In this document: piece after piece, positions 10,701-23,027 of the stretch | Position numbering within the stretch: position 1 is the stretch's first letter | Layout: each line of letters starts with the position of its first letter | NCBI GenBank assembly: GCA_048013815.1 | Contig: CM106585.1 | Span: 13,206,001-13,270,000 of the forward strand | Source of the DNA: Setoptus koraiensis | Taxonomy: Eukaryota; Animalia; Arthropoda | DNA length: 64,000 nucleotides | Direction: 5' to 3' | The notes under the pieces: generated by a model | The model's input: the letters and a program-made list of their open reading frames with translations, nothing else | Told to the model about the DNA's origin: nothing | Databases searched by the model: none | Program-made: the position numbers and the translations under genes

Positions 10701-13700
10701 TGATCCAAAAAGATTCGGATTTTCCATGAATCTTTGTATCCCATTGAAAGTCTGGTGAGATGCGCAATTCGATTTTAAGACTAGATCTAGTTATAGGCTG
10801 AATTTGTGCTTCCAGGTCCAATCTAGGGAGTTGGTGGATGAACCTGTGTACTTTGTTACCCAGTTTAGAGTGAGAACCTAAGAGTTCTCCAATGTCGTGA
10901 GGTTTGAGATCGTACAGTCTTTCCCAAGGGAAGTTCTTTCTCTCTATTTTTGTGACTGCGAGTGCTGGAAGTGCTGGAAACTGCCTGAGTGGTGACATAG
11001 AATGCCACATCCTTTTGTCAATCATTTTGCAAAGAGATAAAGCGATATCAGATAATTGGGCCCAACCACGGTGAAGGACAATCTCGTGAATGGCTCTGGC
11101 AAGACGAGCAGCACTTTGTGTTACATAAACCATATCCGCCATGAGAGCAAGTCCTTCCAATTTAAGTTGAGAAATGTATGCTTGAAGCAAAACGTTAACT
11201 TTCGCTGTTGGCTCTTCAATACTTTCCTTGATGGGTATAGGAACTTTATCCATAAGCTCCTTTAACTCAAACTTCTCCTCTTCTCTGATGACTATATTCC
11301 GGAATTCGTGTGATTTGGAGAACATGCTGAATAATTCAATCTCACTTAGGGTGGGACGTAACATTTTATTGTATGTTTTGATTGATTCATGGGCACAATA
11401 GAAATAAGCTGCTATTCGGCCGAGTTCGGTTGCTTGAATCTCCCCACTCCTTCTGTCTAACTTGATCAAGTTTCTGTCATCCAGAATAGTAGCCGCTGTA
11501 TAGATTAGATTAGTTCTGTATCGCTCGAGTTTCGGGTCATTCCTCTGAAACTCATCTGGAACACCATACAGGCATGGATTCCCCAACATTCTGATGTAGA
11601 GATAGGTGTTTTCCAACCAATTCATAGCATCTCTGACTGATTGGACGTTCCCTAAAACGCACTCAGCGTTTAGAAGATCTGGAAGTTTGGCAATCATTTG
11701 ACTTTCTATAGGAAGTTGCTGATTCATTAGTGATAGATAGTATTGAAGCTCGGATTTCTGAGTTATAAGTATACCTTCTCCCTCTCTGTCATATTGAGGT
11801 CTACCAGCTCGACCGAGCATCTGCATGACATCTAGATGACTCAGTTCAGTCCATCTACTCTTCTCAGGATTGTATACTTGTGTGCCTTTAATAATGACAG
11901 TATGAGCGGGCAAATTGACACCCCATGCTAAAGTTGCTGTAGAAACCAAAACTTGTATGTGTTTATCAGCGAATAGAGTTTCAACCATTATACGATCTTC
12001 TCTACACATGCCTGCATGATGTATGGCGAACCCGAATGGTAATAAATACTTTAATTCTAGATTGACAGCATCCTGAGATTGTTCCTCTAAGATTTTAGTC
12101 GAAGATGATTCACCTCGCAGGAATCGGCCGAGAAAATTCTTTTCAGTGGCTTGTTCAAGAATAGATCTCGCTGTCTTTGCAGTATCTTTTCTAGAATGAA
12201 CAAATACAAGAACTTGATATTTGCCGGCACGATCCATGACTTTTTCATAAAGTATGTTATTCATCAATTGGAATCTCTTGATGGCTTTCTTCTCAGATAT
12301 GCCAATAAATTGTTGCTTGAGGGGCACAGGCCTAAAACTGTTGTCGAAGAAAAAAATACCCCGCTTCTCGCAATGCAAAAAAGAGGCTACATCTTTCCAG
12401 TTGGGTAGAGTAGCACTCAAGCCGACCAATCTAATGTTATCCTCAGTTGCTTCTTTGCTCCTCAAAATTCGAGCAACTAAAGCTTCAAGAACTGGCCCTC
12501 GCTCATCATGCAACAAATGTATTTCATCAATAATGACAAGTTTAACTATCCGGGTGTATGTTCTGTCGTTTCCTTTTCTTGTGATGATATCCCACTTTTC
12601 GGGTGTACAAACAATGATTTGACATTCATTTATTTGTTCTCTACTGAGTTGATGATCACCTGTTAATTCTCCAACTTTTAAATTGTATCTTTCTAGCCTC
12701 TTAGTAAAATTATTGACCATCTCTTGAACCAGCGATCTCATCGGCGCGATATAGATGATTTTGAATTCGTTTGCATTAATTGTATCGTCAGAATTCACAT
12801 GTTTGCCAATTTCCCTCATCATAGTCAACAAAGCAACATTTGTTTTTCCAGCTCCTGTAGGAGCGCAGATTAGAAGATTTAAATCTTCTTCGAGAGCCAC
12901 CTTATGTATTCTACTTTGAATCCTATTCAACTCTTTAAAGCCATCGAAAGCTGCTTGAGCATGACGTGGTAAAGATGATATTGGGATCATTTTCTGCAGT
13001 CAAAATATAAAAAAAGTAAACATTCAGTTTGTTAGTATGAGTTTCATAATGAGCTTCATTTCTTCAGAAGCTTCATTTCTTATAAATAAACAGTGTATAT
13101 CCATCAGTATGACGAATGCAGCAGGTAAGGCTTCACCATCAATTGCAAGGACAAACATTAATATTAGCTCCGATATTCATCGAATGAATGATCATTCACT
13201 GTGAACAATAGATTATGTTTCACTGAATTTCACAGAGCTAAACTAACAATATAAGACGACTTTGTACTTACCTCATCAACACCTAGAGGGGGTTTAGAGG
13301 GTGCGGGAACTTGTACCTCAACATAACCTTTCTCGTATCTCCTAATTTTTTCCGAACCTTCTGGCAAATGACATTCTTTGTTCACCATCAGGTGTGATCC
13401 TTGATTGAATGCCATGTCTTCAAGATTCAATCGCTTGCAATCGCTTAGATTAATTCCTTGGAATCCATCGTGATCCATGGGCTCATCAGGTTTTTGCAAT
13501 GATTTTTGCCTAATGGCTAACTTGGTGTCTTCTTTTAGATCGACGCTCTCCCCCTCTAAAGACCGTAGAACTCTAGATAGTTCAGGATTTGCCAACATTT
13601 TATCACGAATCTTATTTCTATCGATAGCATTTTGAGCGGATGCCAATTCGATACAATGAACCACCATTTGCCTATTGCGCCTAAGTATTTTGATGAACTC

Positions 13701-14687
13701 AAATATCTTCCCACGAAGACCTTCAGGCCTGGTGTCATCATCTAGTAGACCAATCAAATCCCTTTCAGCGCTTCTATCATCAGGAGCCTGTTTCAATATC
13801 AATAAAGTGTTGCGAGCTTTCTCTTGGGCTTCAAGTGGATCCTTATATGCCTTACTAAGTTCTCGTTGAAGCCAATGAGCGTCAATATCACGAGGGTGAA
13901 GTTCGCTTCTGACCACACGATCCCTGCTCAATGTATCTTTACCAATTGTTGGGTCGGCAGTGGTAGGATTAGTGTCGAGGACCTGGAGTAGAACGTCATC
14001 GTTTGCTTCGGCACCATCAACATCCTCGTCAGCATTTTCGTTGACCTCATCAATAAAAGTGTCACTTTCCTCACCGGAGTCGAAATTGACATTAACACCC
14101 TCAACGTCGTTTCCAACATCCATATCGTCTTTTCTTTGATTATCAGAACCATAGTCGGTCATTCTTCGACACAAGTCTGTTATTTTGGCGAAAATTTCAT
14201 CACTTAGTTTTCCTAACAGTTCCTCTGTTTCCATACGACGGGCGGACTCGACGCTATTTTGGTTGCGAATGACAAGTAAAACTTCGTCAGCTGCTCCGCA
14301 TAGCACGTCGCGTGGTTGATCTCCAATCAAAGTTTGTATGTGACTAAGTAGAGATTCGTAAACCATTTTAGTTTCTGGTTTGGTTGGCCTGTAATAGAGA
14401 TTGGCCATGACATCAACTTCAGCTATGGACAAACCTCTTATAGATTCATCGTGATGGCGGGACTTCTTTTTTTGATGCTTGATTTCACGACTCGATATGG
14501 GCGGCTTACTACGAATGGCTCTGTCTCCCATCTCTCCTGAGACGAAACCAAGACTGGCCAAAGATTGCACCTCACCGGTGGATTCATTTTGTGGTCTTCT
14601 GTCGGAGAGACTCTGGTCGGATGGTAGAACTAAATTGGAATTTGCCTTGTAATCAAAGCGCTGTTGACGAGCTGCTTCACCAGCCAT
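7786..14687 (-). CDS. SNRNP200: U5 snRNP 200 kDa helicase Brr2; join(complement 14687..13272, 12993..8131, 8007..7786), 2166 aa
   Basis: N-terminus MAGEAARQQRFDYKANSNLVL; PWI-like region HPRDIDAHWLQRELSK; cassette 1 motifs CAPTGAGKTNVA, DEIHLLHDERGPVLE, QMLGRAGRPQYD; Sec63 domains; cassette 2; C-terminal exon AREEGWWIVIGD...DSYLGCDEE. Both introns are GT-AG, phase 0 (278 nt and 123 nt), and the frame is preserved. Confidence 0.97.
13031..13037 (-). promoter_or_regulatory. Perfect TACTAAC branch point, Brr2 intron 1
   Basis: GTTAGTA on + strand; branch A about 39 nt upstream of the CAG acceptor at 12994, followed by a T-rich tract. Confidence 0.7.
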
Positions 14688-15270
14688 GATCGCTCGAAAA
14701 ACTAATGCAGGCACTCAACAAGCAACTCTGCGATCGTTTATTTCTTGTGATACACAAGCTGGATGTAATTGAATGACGGTCAAAGGGGGCTTTCGTAAGT
14801 AATAGATAATATTTGAAAGACCGATTATTTCATTCCTGAGATCAACGTCGGCGACGACATCGGTAGGTAATGGATAAACGTGTTTAGTTTTTCAGTTGCC
14901 GAATGATACCATTCTTGCACAGCGCTTGATTGTACGTTGAACCAAGTGAGGGCGCAACTTTTAAATTTTCATCAAATTTTTGGACTGATACAACTATTGA
15001 GTATTGACTTTCGGAATCGATTTTTAATTTATATTCTATCGTCGATTTGACTGTGCCTAAAATATTTGATGGTAGGTCAATTCATTCATTTTTAAAAATT
15101 AAATTTATTCTGGAAACCGTTATTCGGGGTTTATTTATAGTAATCATGCGGCAGTCAAATCGTGTGTATGTGTATTTGGAGGACCGACATGTTGTTTGAA
15201 GTATTTTATGCATGTCTAGTAATAATAATAATAATACAGTCACATAAATAATCTAAAAATTTTATTCCTC

Positions 15271-15942
15271 TCACCTTTTAGTGGTGGCTGACACAGAATT
15301 ACCAAGGCGTGAAAATACAGTTGACTTAAGTCTAGCCGGTTGATTTGTAGATGATGCCACTGATGCCGGCGTTCCAATGCGCGAACTTATTGGACGCGAT
15401 GTTGTCGTTATTTCGCTGTTGTTAGAAGATCTTGATAATCTTGAACTAATTGGAGGGCGTGTTGATGTCGTCTTGAGGTGACTGTTCATCTGGGATAACA
15501 ATCTTTTTGTTCTTTCAGTGGTACCAGCCGGATGTCTCACAGTCAATGTTTTCTCTTCGTGAATTCCGCTCGATGGGGATGAGCTATCTAGTGCCGGCTT
15601 AAGTCTTTTGGCTATAGAAGACGGTAAGGTTGAGATTGTTGTTAGACTCCTCTTGGTACTGATGCCTGGCGAGATAATGTTGTTGGGGTGATTTAGTTTA
15701 CTCGACGTAGTGCCATTATTATTGTTGTTACTATTAGAGCCACTAGGATTATACGAGGTAGAATTTATTGTCTGTGAAGTATTTGCAGAGTTGCTGCCTG
15801 AATTTGTATTTTTTGCTTCTCCTTTCAATTCTACTTGAGTATGGACATGCTTGGCATGTCTTAGTATAGCTATAACGTCACCCATAGCTTTGATCCCCAT
15901 ATCAAATAAAATGTCCTTTGTTAGATCTTTTTGTATTCTGTT
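15271..15942 (-). CDS. C19orf47-like (DUF5577/SAM-like) protein, 5'-truncated
   Basis: NRIQK-DLTKDILFDMGIKAMGDVIAILRHAK resembles the C19orf47 SAM-like core (NRIQK...DLNKE..ELG....GDIIAILKHAK, recalled). C-terminal STVFSRLG motif. The upstream sequence is replaced by G/T low-complexity DNA. Confidence 0.75.
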   Translation of the reverse strand, partial: NRIQKDLTKDILFDMGIKAMGDVIAILRHAKHVHTQVELKGEAKNTNSGSNSANTSQTINSTSYNPSGSNSNNNNNGTTSSKLNHPNNIISPGISTKRSLTTISTLPSSIAKRLKPALDSSSPSSGIHEEKTLTVRHPAGTTERTKRLLSQMNSHLKTTSTRPPISSRLSRSSNNSEITTTSRPISSRIGTPASVASSTNQPARLKSTVFSRLGNSVSATTKR

Positions 15943-18900
15943 TTTATGTTTTGTTTCTTTTTGTTGGATTGTATTTTGTTATTTTTGTATTTTTTATATT
16001 GTCTGTGTTCTTTTGTTTGTTTTGATTTTTATTTTTGTGTTGTTTGTTTGTTGTCTATTTGTGGTGTTTTGTTTTGGTGTCTTGTGTGTGTGATTTGTGA
16101 GTATTTTTTGTTCTTTCTTTTCTGTTTATTGTTTTATTGTGTATGTTTGTTTGTGTGTTTTTTGTGTGTTTGTTTTTCTTTGTTTGTTATGTTTTATTTG
16201 TGTTGTTTCTGTGTCTGGTCTGATTATGTTTTTTTTTTGTGTTTTTTTTGTTTTTTTTTGTTTTTTTTTATTTTTTTTTTTTTTGTGTAGTTTTTTTGTT
16301 TTTTTTGTTGTTTTGTTTTTGTTTTTTGTTTTTTTTTTTTTGTTTTTTTTTGTGTTTTTTTGTTTTTTTTGTTTTTTGTTTGTGTTTTTGTTTTTTGTTT
16401 TTGTTTGTTTTGTTTTTTTTTGTTTGTTTTTTTTTGTTTTTTGTTGTTTTGTGTTTTTTTTGTTTTTTGTGGTTTTTTTTGTTTTTGTGTGTTTTTTTGT
16501 TGTGTTTTTTTTTTGTTTTTTGTCTTTTTTTTGTTTTTGTTTAATTTTGTTTGTTTTTTTGTTTTTTGTTTTTTTTGTGTTTTTTGTTTTTGTGTTTTTT
16601 TTTTTGTTTTTTTTGTTTTTTTTTGTTTTGTGTTTTTTTTTTTTTTTTTGTTTTGTTTTTGTGTTTGTTTTTTGTGTTTTTTTTATTTTTTTGTTTGTTG
16701 TGTTTTTTTTTGTTTTTGTTTTGTTTTGTTTTTTTTGTTTTGTTGTTTTTGTTTGTTTTTGTTTTTTGTTTTGTTTTTTTTTGTGTGTGTTTTTTTTGTT
16801 GTTTTTTTGTTGTTTTTTTTTGTTTTTTTGTTTTGTTTTGTGTGTTGTTGTTTTTTTTTGTTGTTTTTCTTTTTTTTTTTTTGTTTTTTGTTGTTTTTTG
16901 TTTTTTTTTGTTTTTTTGTTTTTTTGTGTGTGTTTTTGTTTTTTTTTGTTTTTTTTGTGTGTTTTTTTGTTTTGTTTTTGTTTTTTTTTGTTTGTTTTTT
17001 TTTTTTTTTGTTTTGTTGTTTTTTTTTGTTTTTTTTGTTTTTTGTTGTTTTTTTTGTGTTTTGTTGTGTTTTTTTGTTTTTTTGTGTGTTTGGTTGTGTG
17101 TTTTTTTGTTTTTTTGTTTTTTTTGTTTTTTTGTGTTTTTGTTTTTGTTTTTTTTTTTTTTTGTTTTGTTTTTTTTTTTTTTTTTTGTTGTTTTTTTTTG
17201 TTTTTTTTTGTTTTTTGTTTTTTTTTGTTTTTTTTTGTGTTTTGTTTTTTTTTTTTTTTGTGTTGTTTTTTTTGTGTTTTTTGTTTTTTTGTTTTTTGTT
17301 TTTTGTGTTTTGTTTTTTTGTTTTTTGTTTGTGTTTGTTTTTTTTTGTTTTTGTTTTTGTTTTTTTGGTTTTTGTTGTTTTTTTTTGTTTTGGTGTTTGT
17401 TTTGTTTTTTTGTTTTTTTGTTTTTTTTTGTTTTTTTTTTTTTTTTTTTGTTTTTGTTTTTTTTTGTTTTTGTTTTTTTTGTTTTTTTGTTTTTTTTTGT
17501 TTTTTTTTTTTTTTTGTTGTGTTTTTGTGTTTTTTTTTTTTTTTTTGTGTTTTTTTTTTTTTGTTTTTGGTTTTTTTTTTTTTTTGTTTTTTGGTTTTTT
17601 TTGTTTGGTTTTTTTGTTTTTTTTTTGTTTTTTTTTTTGTTTTTTTTTGGTTTGTTGGGTTTGTGTTTTTTTTGTTTTGTTTTGTTTTTGTGTTTTTTTT
17701 TTTTTGGTTTTTTTTGTTTGATTTTTTGTTTTTGTTGTTTTTTGTTTTTTGTTTTTTTTTGTTGTTTTTTTTGTGGTTGTTTTTGTTTTTGTGTTTTGTG
17801 TTTTTTTTGTTTGTTTTGTTTGTTTTTTTTGTTTTTTTTGTGTTTGTTTGTGTGTGTTTTTTTTTGTTTTTGTTTTTTGTTTTGTTTTTTTTTTTTTTTT
17901 GTTTTTGTTTTTGTTTTTTGTGTGTGTTTTTGTTTTTTGTTTGTTTTTTGTTTTTTTTTTTTTTTTTGTTTTTGTGTTTTTTGTTTTGTTGGTTTTTGTG
18001 TTTTTTTTTTTTTTTGTTTTTGTTTTTTTTTGTTTTGTTTTTGTTTTTTTTTGTTTTGTTTTTGTGTGTTTTTGTTTTTTTTTTTTTTTGTTTTTGGTTT
18101 TTTGTTTGTTGGTTTTTTTTTGTGTTTTTGTTTTGTTGTTTTTGTTTTTGTTTTTGTTTGTGTTGTTTTTTTTTTTGTCTTTTGTTTTTGTTTTTTTTTG
18201 TTTTTTTTTTTTTTTTGTTTTTTTGTTTTTTGTTTTTTTTGTTTGTTTTTTGTTGTTTTTTTGTTTTGTTTTTTTTGTTTTTGTGTTGTTTTTGTTTTTT
18301 TTTCTTTTTTTTTGTTTTTGTTTTTTGTGTTTTTTTTTGTTTTTTTTGTTTTTTTTTGTGTTTTGTTGTTTGTTTTTTTGTTTTGTGTTTTTTTTTGTTT
18401 TTTTGTTTTGTGTTTTTTTGTTTTTTTTTTTTTTTTTTTTTGTTGTTTTTTGTTTTTTTGTTTTGTTTTTGTTTGTGTTTTTTTGTGTTTTTTGTTGTTT
18501 TTTTTTGTTTGTTTTTTTGTTTTTTTTGTTTTTGTTTTTTTGTTGTTTTTTTGTTTTTGTGTTTTTTGTTTTTTTGTTTTTGTTTTGTTTTTTTGTTTTG
18601 TTTGTTTTTTTTTGTGTTTTTTTGTTTTTTTTGTTTTTTTTTTTTTGTTTGTTTTTTGTTTTTTTTGGTGTGTGTTTTGTTTTGTTTTTGTTGTGTGTTT
18701 TTGTTTTGTTTTTTGTTTTTTGTTTTGTTTTTTTTTGTTTTTTTTGTTTTGTTTTTTTGTGTTTTGTGTTTTTTGTTTTTTTTGTTTTTTTTTGTTTTTT
18801 GTTGTTTTTTTTGTTTTTTTTTGTTTTGTTGTTTTTTTTTGTTTTTTTTTTTTTTTGTTTTTTTGTTTTTTGTTTTTTTTGTTTTTGTTTGTTTTTTTGT

Positions 18901-20766
18901 TTGTTTTTGTTTTTTTGTTTTTTTTTGTTGTTTTTTTGTGTTTGTGTGTGTGTTTTTGTGTTTGTGTTTTTTTTGTTTTGTTTTGTTTTTGTTTTTTGTT
19001 GTTTTTGTTTTTTGTTGTTTGTGTTTTTTTTTTTTTTTTTTGTTTGTGTTTTTTTGGTTTGTGTTTTGGTTTTTGTTGTTTTTTGTTTGTTGTTTTTTTT
19101 GTTTGTTTTTTTTTTTTTTTTTTGTTTGTTGTTTTTTTGTGTTTGTTTGTTTGTGTTTTGTTGTGTTTTTTTTTGTTTGTTTTTTGTTTGTTTGTTTTTT
19201 GTGTTTTTTTTGTTTGTTTGTGTTTGTGTGTTTGTTTTGTTGTTTTTTTGTTTTTTTTGTTTTTGTTTGTTGTTTTTGTTGTTTGTGTTGTTTTTTGTTG
19301 TGTTGGTTTGTTTGTTGGTTTGTTTGTTGTTGGTTTTGTTTGTTGGTTTTTTGTTGTTTGTTGGTTTGTTTTGTGTTTGTGTTTTGGTTTGTTGTTGTTT
19401 TTTGTGTTTTTGGTTTGTGGTTTGTTGTTTTGTGTTTGTTTTGTTTGTGTTGTTTTTTGTTTTTTGTTTTTGGGTTTTTTTGTTGTGTTTTGTTTTTTGT
19501 TGTTGTTTTTTGTTTGTTTTTGTTTGTTGTTTTTTGGTTGTGTTTGTGTTTGTTTTTTTGTTTTGTTATTTGTGTTTTTTTGTTGTTTGGTTGTGTTGGG
19601 TGTGTTTTTGGTTTGTTTTTTGTTTTTGGTTTGGTTGTTTGGTTGTTTTTTTTGTTTGTTTTTTTGTTTTTTTTTTTTTGGTTTTTGTTTTTTTGGTTTG
19701 TTGTTGTTTTTGTTCTGTTTTGTTTGTGTTTTTGTTTGTTTTGTGGTTTGTTTGTTGTTTTTTGTTGTGTTGTTTTGTTTTTTGTTGTTTTTGTTTGTTT
19801 GTGTTTTTTTGTGTTTCTTTTTTGTTTGTTTTTGTTTTTTTGTTTATGTTTTGTTGTTTTTGTTTTTGTTTTGTGTTGTTTTTTTTTGTTTGTGTTTTGT
19901 TTTTGTTTTTTTTTATTTTTTGTGTTTTTTTGTTTGTTTGTGTTTGTGTTTTGTGTGTGTTTTTTTGTTTTTGTGTTGTTTTGTTTTTGTTTTTTGTGTT
20001 GTTTTTTTGTGTTTGTGTTTTTTTTGTGTTTTTTTGTTTTTTGTTTTTTTTTGTTTTGTTTTGTTTTTTTGTTTTGTTGTGTTTTTGTATTTTTTTGTGT
20101 TTTTGTTTTGTTTTGTTGTGTGTTTTTGTTTTTTTTTGTTTGTTTTTTGTTTGTATGTTGTTTTTTTTTTGTTTTTTTTTTTTTTGTGTTTTTTGTTTTT
20201 TTTGTGGTTTTTGTGTTTGTTTTTTTTGTTGTTTTTTGTGTTTGTTTTTTTTGTTTTTTTTTTTTGTGTGTGTTTTTGTGTTTTTTGTTTGTTTGTTTTT
20301 TTTTGTTTTTTTTTGTGTTTTTTTTGTTTTTTGTTGTTTTTTGTGTTGTTTGTTTGTTTGTTTTTTTTTGTTTTTGTTTTTTTTGTTTTGTTGTGTTTTT
20401 TTTGTTTTTTTGTTTGTTTTGTGTTTTTTGTTTTTATTGTTTTTTTGTTTTTTGTTTGTTTTTTGTTTATTTTTGTTTTTGTTTTTTTGTTTTTTTGTTT
20501 TTGTGTTTTTGTGTGTTGTTTTTTGTTTTTTGTTTTTTTGTTTTTTGTTTTTGTGTTTTTTTTATTTTTTTGTTGTTTGTGTGTTTTTTTTTGTTTTTTG
20601 TTTTTTGTGTTTTGTATTTGTTGTTTTTTTTTGTGTTTTTTTTTGATTTTGTGTTTTTGTTTTGTTTGTGATTTTGTTTTGTTGTTTTTTGTTTGTGTTT
20701 TTGTGTTTTTTTGTTTGTTTTTTTGTTTGTGTGTTGTTGTTTTGTTTTTTTGTTTTTTTTGTTTTT
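15943..20766. other. ~4.8 kb aperiodic G/T-only low-complexity tract, probably a sequencing or assembly artefact
   Basis: A and C fade out over roughly 300 nt and are then nearly absent. No repeat period is visible. The tract ends at the N gap. Confidence 0.8.
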
Positions 20767-21266
20767 NNNNNNNNNNNNNNNNNNNNNNNNNNNNNNNNNN
20801 NNNNNNNNNNNNNNNNNNNNNNNNNNNNNNNNNNNNNNNNNNNNNNNNNNNNNNNNNNNNNNNNNNNNNNNNNNNNNNNNNNNNNNNNNNNNNNNNNNNN
20901 NNNNNNNNNNNNNNNNNNNNNNNNNNNNNNNNNNNNNNNNNNNNNNNNNNNNNNNNNNNNNNNNNNNNNNNNNNNNNNNNNNNNNNNNNNNNNNNNNNNN
21001 NNNNNNNNNNNNNNNNNNNNNNNNNNNNNNNNNNNNNNNNNNNNNNNNNNNNNNNNNNNNNNNNNNNNNNNNNNNNNNNNNNNNNNNNNNNNNNNNNNNN
21101 NNNNNNNNNNNNNNNNNNNNNNNNNNNNNNNNNNNNNNNNNNNNNNNNNNNNNNNNNNNNNNNNNNNNNNNNNNNNNNNNNNNNNNNNNNNNNNNNNNNN
21201 NNNNNNNNNNNNNNNNNNNNNNNNNNNNNNNNNNNNNNNNNNNNNNNNNNNNNNNNNNNNNNNNNN
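20767..21266. other. Scaffold gap, exactly 500 N
   Basis: Counted from the sequence; the round number suggests a placeholder gap. Confidence 0.97.
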
Positions 21267-21703
21267 TGTTGTTATTTATACATAGCAATCATCCGGCCTC
21301 TTATTATTACAGAGCTCGCGCGATACATCATCAACAGAGGAATATAAAGATTTTGGAAGACATAATTACGCATATAGGTTTAAAATAACAACCAATGAGA
21401 CTGGATGATGATCCAATTTGAAATCTACTAAACAGTGGTCGGGGGAGATTATTCTCCCACCTCCCGCCTGCAGCGAGATTAATACCAACTGCCCCTCCCA
21501 GCTGACCTCCCACCTCCCCCGATTGCCATACAATTTTCTCGTCTCCGCAATCGGCTTGTCGGCGCGGCGATGCGATCACGTGTGGCTCCATTTTAAGCAC
21601 ATGTCGGACAGAAATAAAACAACATGGCCAAAAACGTTTCTAAAGATTTATCCCTTTGTCCTTATATTGAGTGTAGGTCTCAAAGAATCGCAATAATTTA
21701 ATC

Positions 21704-22792
21704 ATGGATCCCCTCGGTGTGGCGGCACAGGCCGTTTTGAAGCCCTCGTCGAACTCTTTGTCGCACCAACATGTTGTAAAGGGGTGCGACTTTGAGGATG
21801 CCCACGGAAATGTCACTCTCGATTACAAACAAATAACCTCTTCGTTTCTCACAACCGGATATCAGGCGACAAATGTTGGCGTTGCCATCGATATAATCAA
21901 TGGCATGTTGGACGAAAGAAGAAAACCGTTTGAGGAAGACACTCTTGCCGAAGATGAGTTCATCAAGCGAAAATCGGGCTGTACCATTTTCCTTGGTTAC
22001 ACTTCAAATATCATATCTAGCGGACTTAGAGATACTATTAGATTCCTTGTTAAACACAGACTAGTTGATTGTATCGTTACGACGGCTGGTGGAGTTGAGG
22101 AGGATCTCATCAAGAGTCTAAAAGATTGCAAAACCTACGTGGGTAAATTCGACATGTCAGGAAAGAAACTCAGGGACGAAGGCATCAATAGAATAGGCAA
22201 TCTCTTGGTACCCAATGACAATTATTGCAGATTTGAGGAGTGGATATTGCCAATATTCGACAAGATGTTGGCAGAACAAACAGAGAGCAGTTTCATTTGG
22301 ACACCCTCAAAGATGATTGAGAGATTAGGCCTAGAAATAAACGACGAACAATCTGTGTGCTATTGGGCCGCCAAAAACAAGATACCTATATTTAGTCCTG
22401 CCTTGACCGACGGATCCCTCGGCGACATGCTGTATTTCCATTCATTCAGAAGTCCGGGCTTGATTGTCGATATCAACCAGGACATTAGAAGGATCAACAC
22501 CATTCCGCATTCAGCTGTCAAAACGGGTGCGATTGTCATTGGGGGCGGTGTATGTAAGCATCACATAATGAATGCCAATCTGATGAGAAATGGTGCCGAC
22601 TATTCCGTCTACATAAACACTGGCCTAGAATTTGACGGCAGTGACGCCGGAGCCGAGCCCGACGAGGCGATTTCGTGGGGGAAAATTTTGCCCGAGGCCA
22701 GAGCAATCAAAGTGCATTCTGACGCGACAATTGTCTTGCCTTTAATAGTTGCCGAAACTTTTGTTAAATATTTAAAAAATAATAAATCCTAA
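21704..22792 (+). CDS. DHPS: Deoxyhypusine synthase, intronless, 362 aa
   Basis: Motifs TGYQATN, FLGYTSNIISSGLRD, VTTAGGVEED, GINRIGNLLVPNDNY, TDGSLGDM, GGGVCKHH, FDGSDAGAEPDEAISWGK (catalytic Lys context). Confidence 0.97.
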   Translation: MDPLGVAAQAVLKPSSNSLSHQHVVKGCDFEDAHGNVTLDYKQITSSFLTTGYQATNVGVAIDIINGMLDERRKPFEEDTLAEDEFIKRKSGCTIFLGYTSNIISSGLRDTIRFLVKHRLVDCIVTTAGGVEEDLIKSLKDCKTYVGKFDMSGKKLRDEGINRIGNLLVPNDNYCRFEEWILPIFDKMLAEQTESSFIWTPSKMIERLGLEINDEQSVCYWAAKNKIPIFSPALTDGSLGDMLYFHSFRSPGLIVDINQDIRRINTIPHSAVKTGAIVIGGGVCKHHIMNANLMRNGADYSVYINTGLEFDGSDAGAEPDEAISWGKILPEARAIKVHSDATIVLPLIVAETFVKYLKNNKS

Positions 22793-23027
22793 CAAAGGTG
22801 TCAAGTATATATCTTTAATACCATCAATTTTATAATAAAAAAGGCTGGATATGCTTGAAAATTTCGAATTTACCGCCTTACTAGAGCCAGGAGCATGAAT
22901 TGATGACAGTGTACCAATGTTATACGATCGAAAACAGACCAGCCAGCCAGAATAGGTACCCCACTACGAATTAATTTTTATTAATTGGACTCAAATTAAC
23001 CCCATCCACTTGTTTGCCTGGATCAGA

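Noticed and set aside
14960-14995. Sm-site-like AAATTTTTGG
   Set aside because: No U1/U2/U4/U5/U11/U12 conserved elements nearby.
16097-21347. Giant ORFs of up to 1598 aa rich in F/L/V/C (and K/Q/T on the - strand)
   Set aside because: A G/T-only tract cannot form stop codons; the ORFs are a by-product of low complexity and the N gap.
21267-21388. Two protein-like open frames right after the gap
   Set aside because: Too short and unrecognised; may be the end of a gene lost in the gap, but this cannot be supported.
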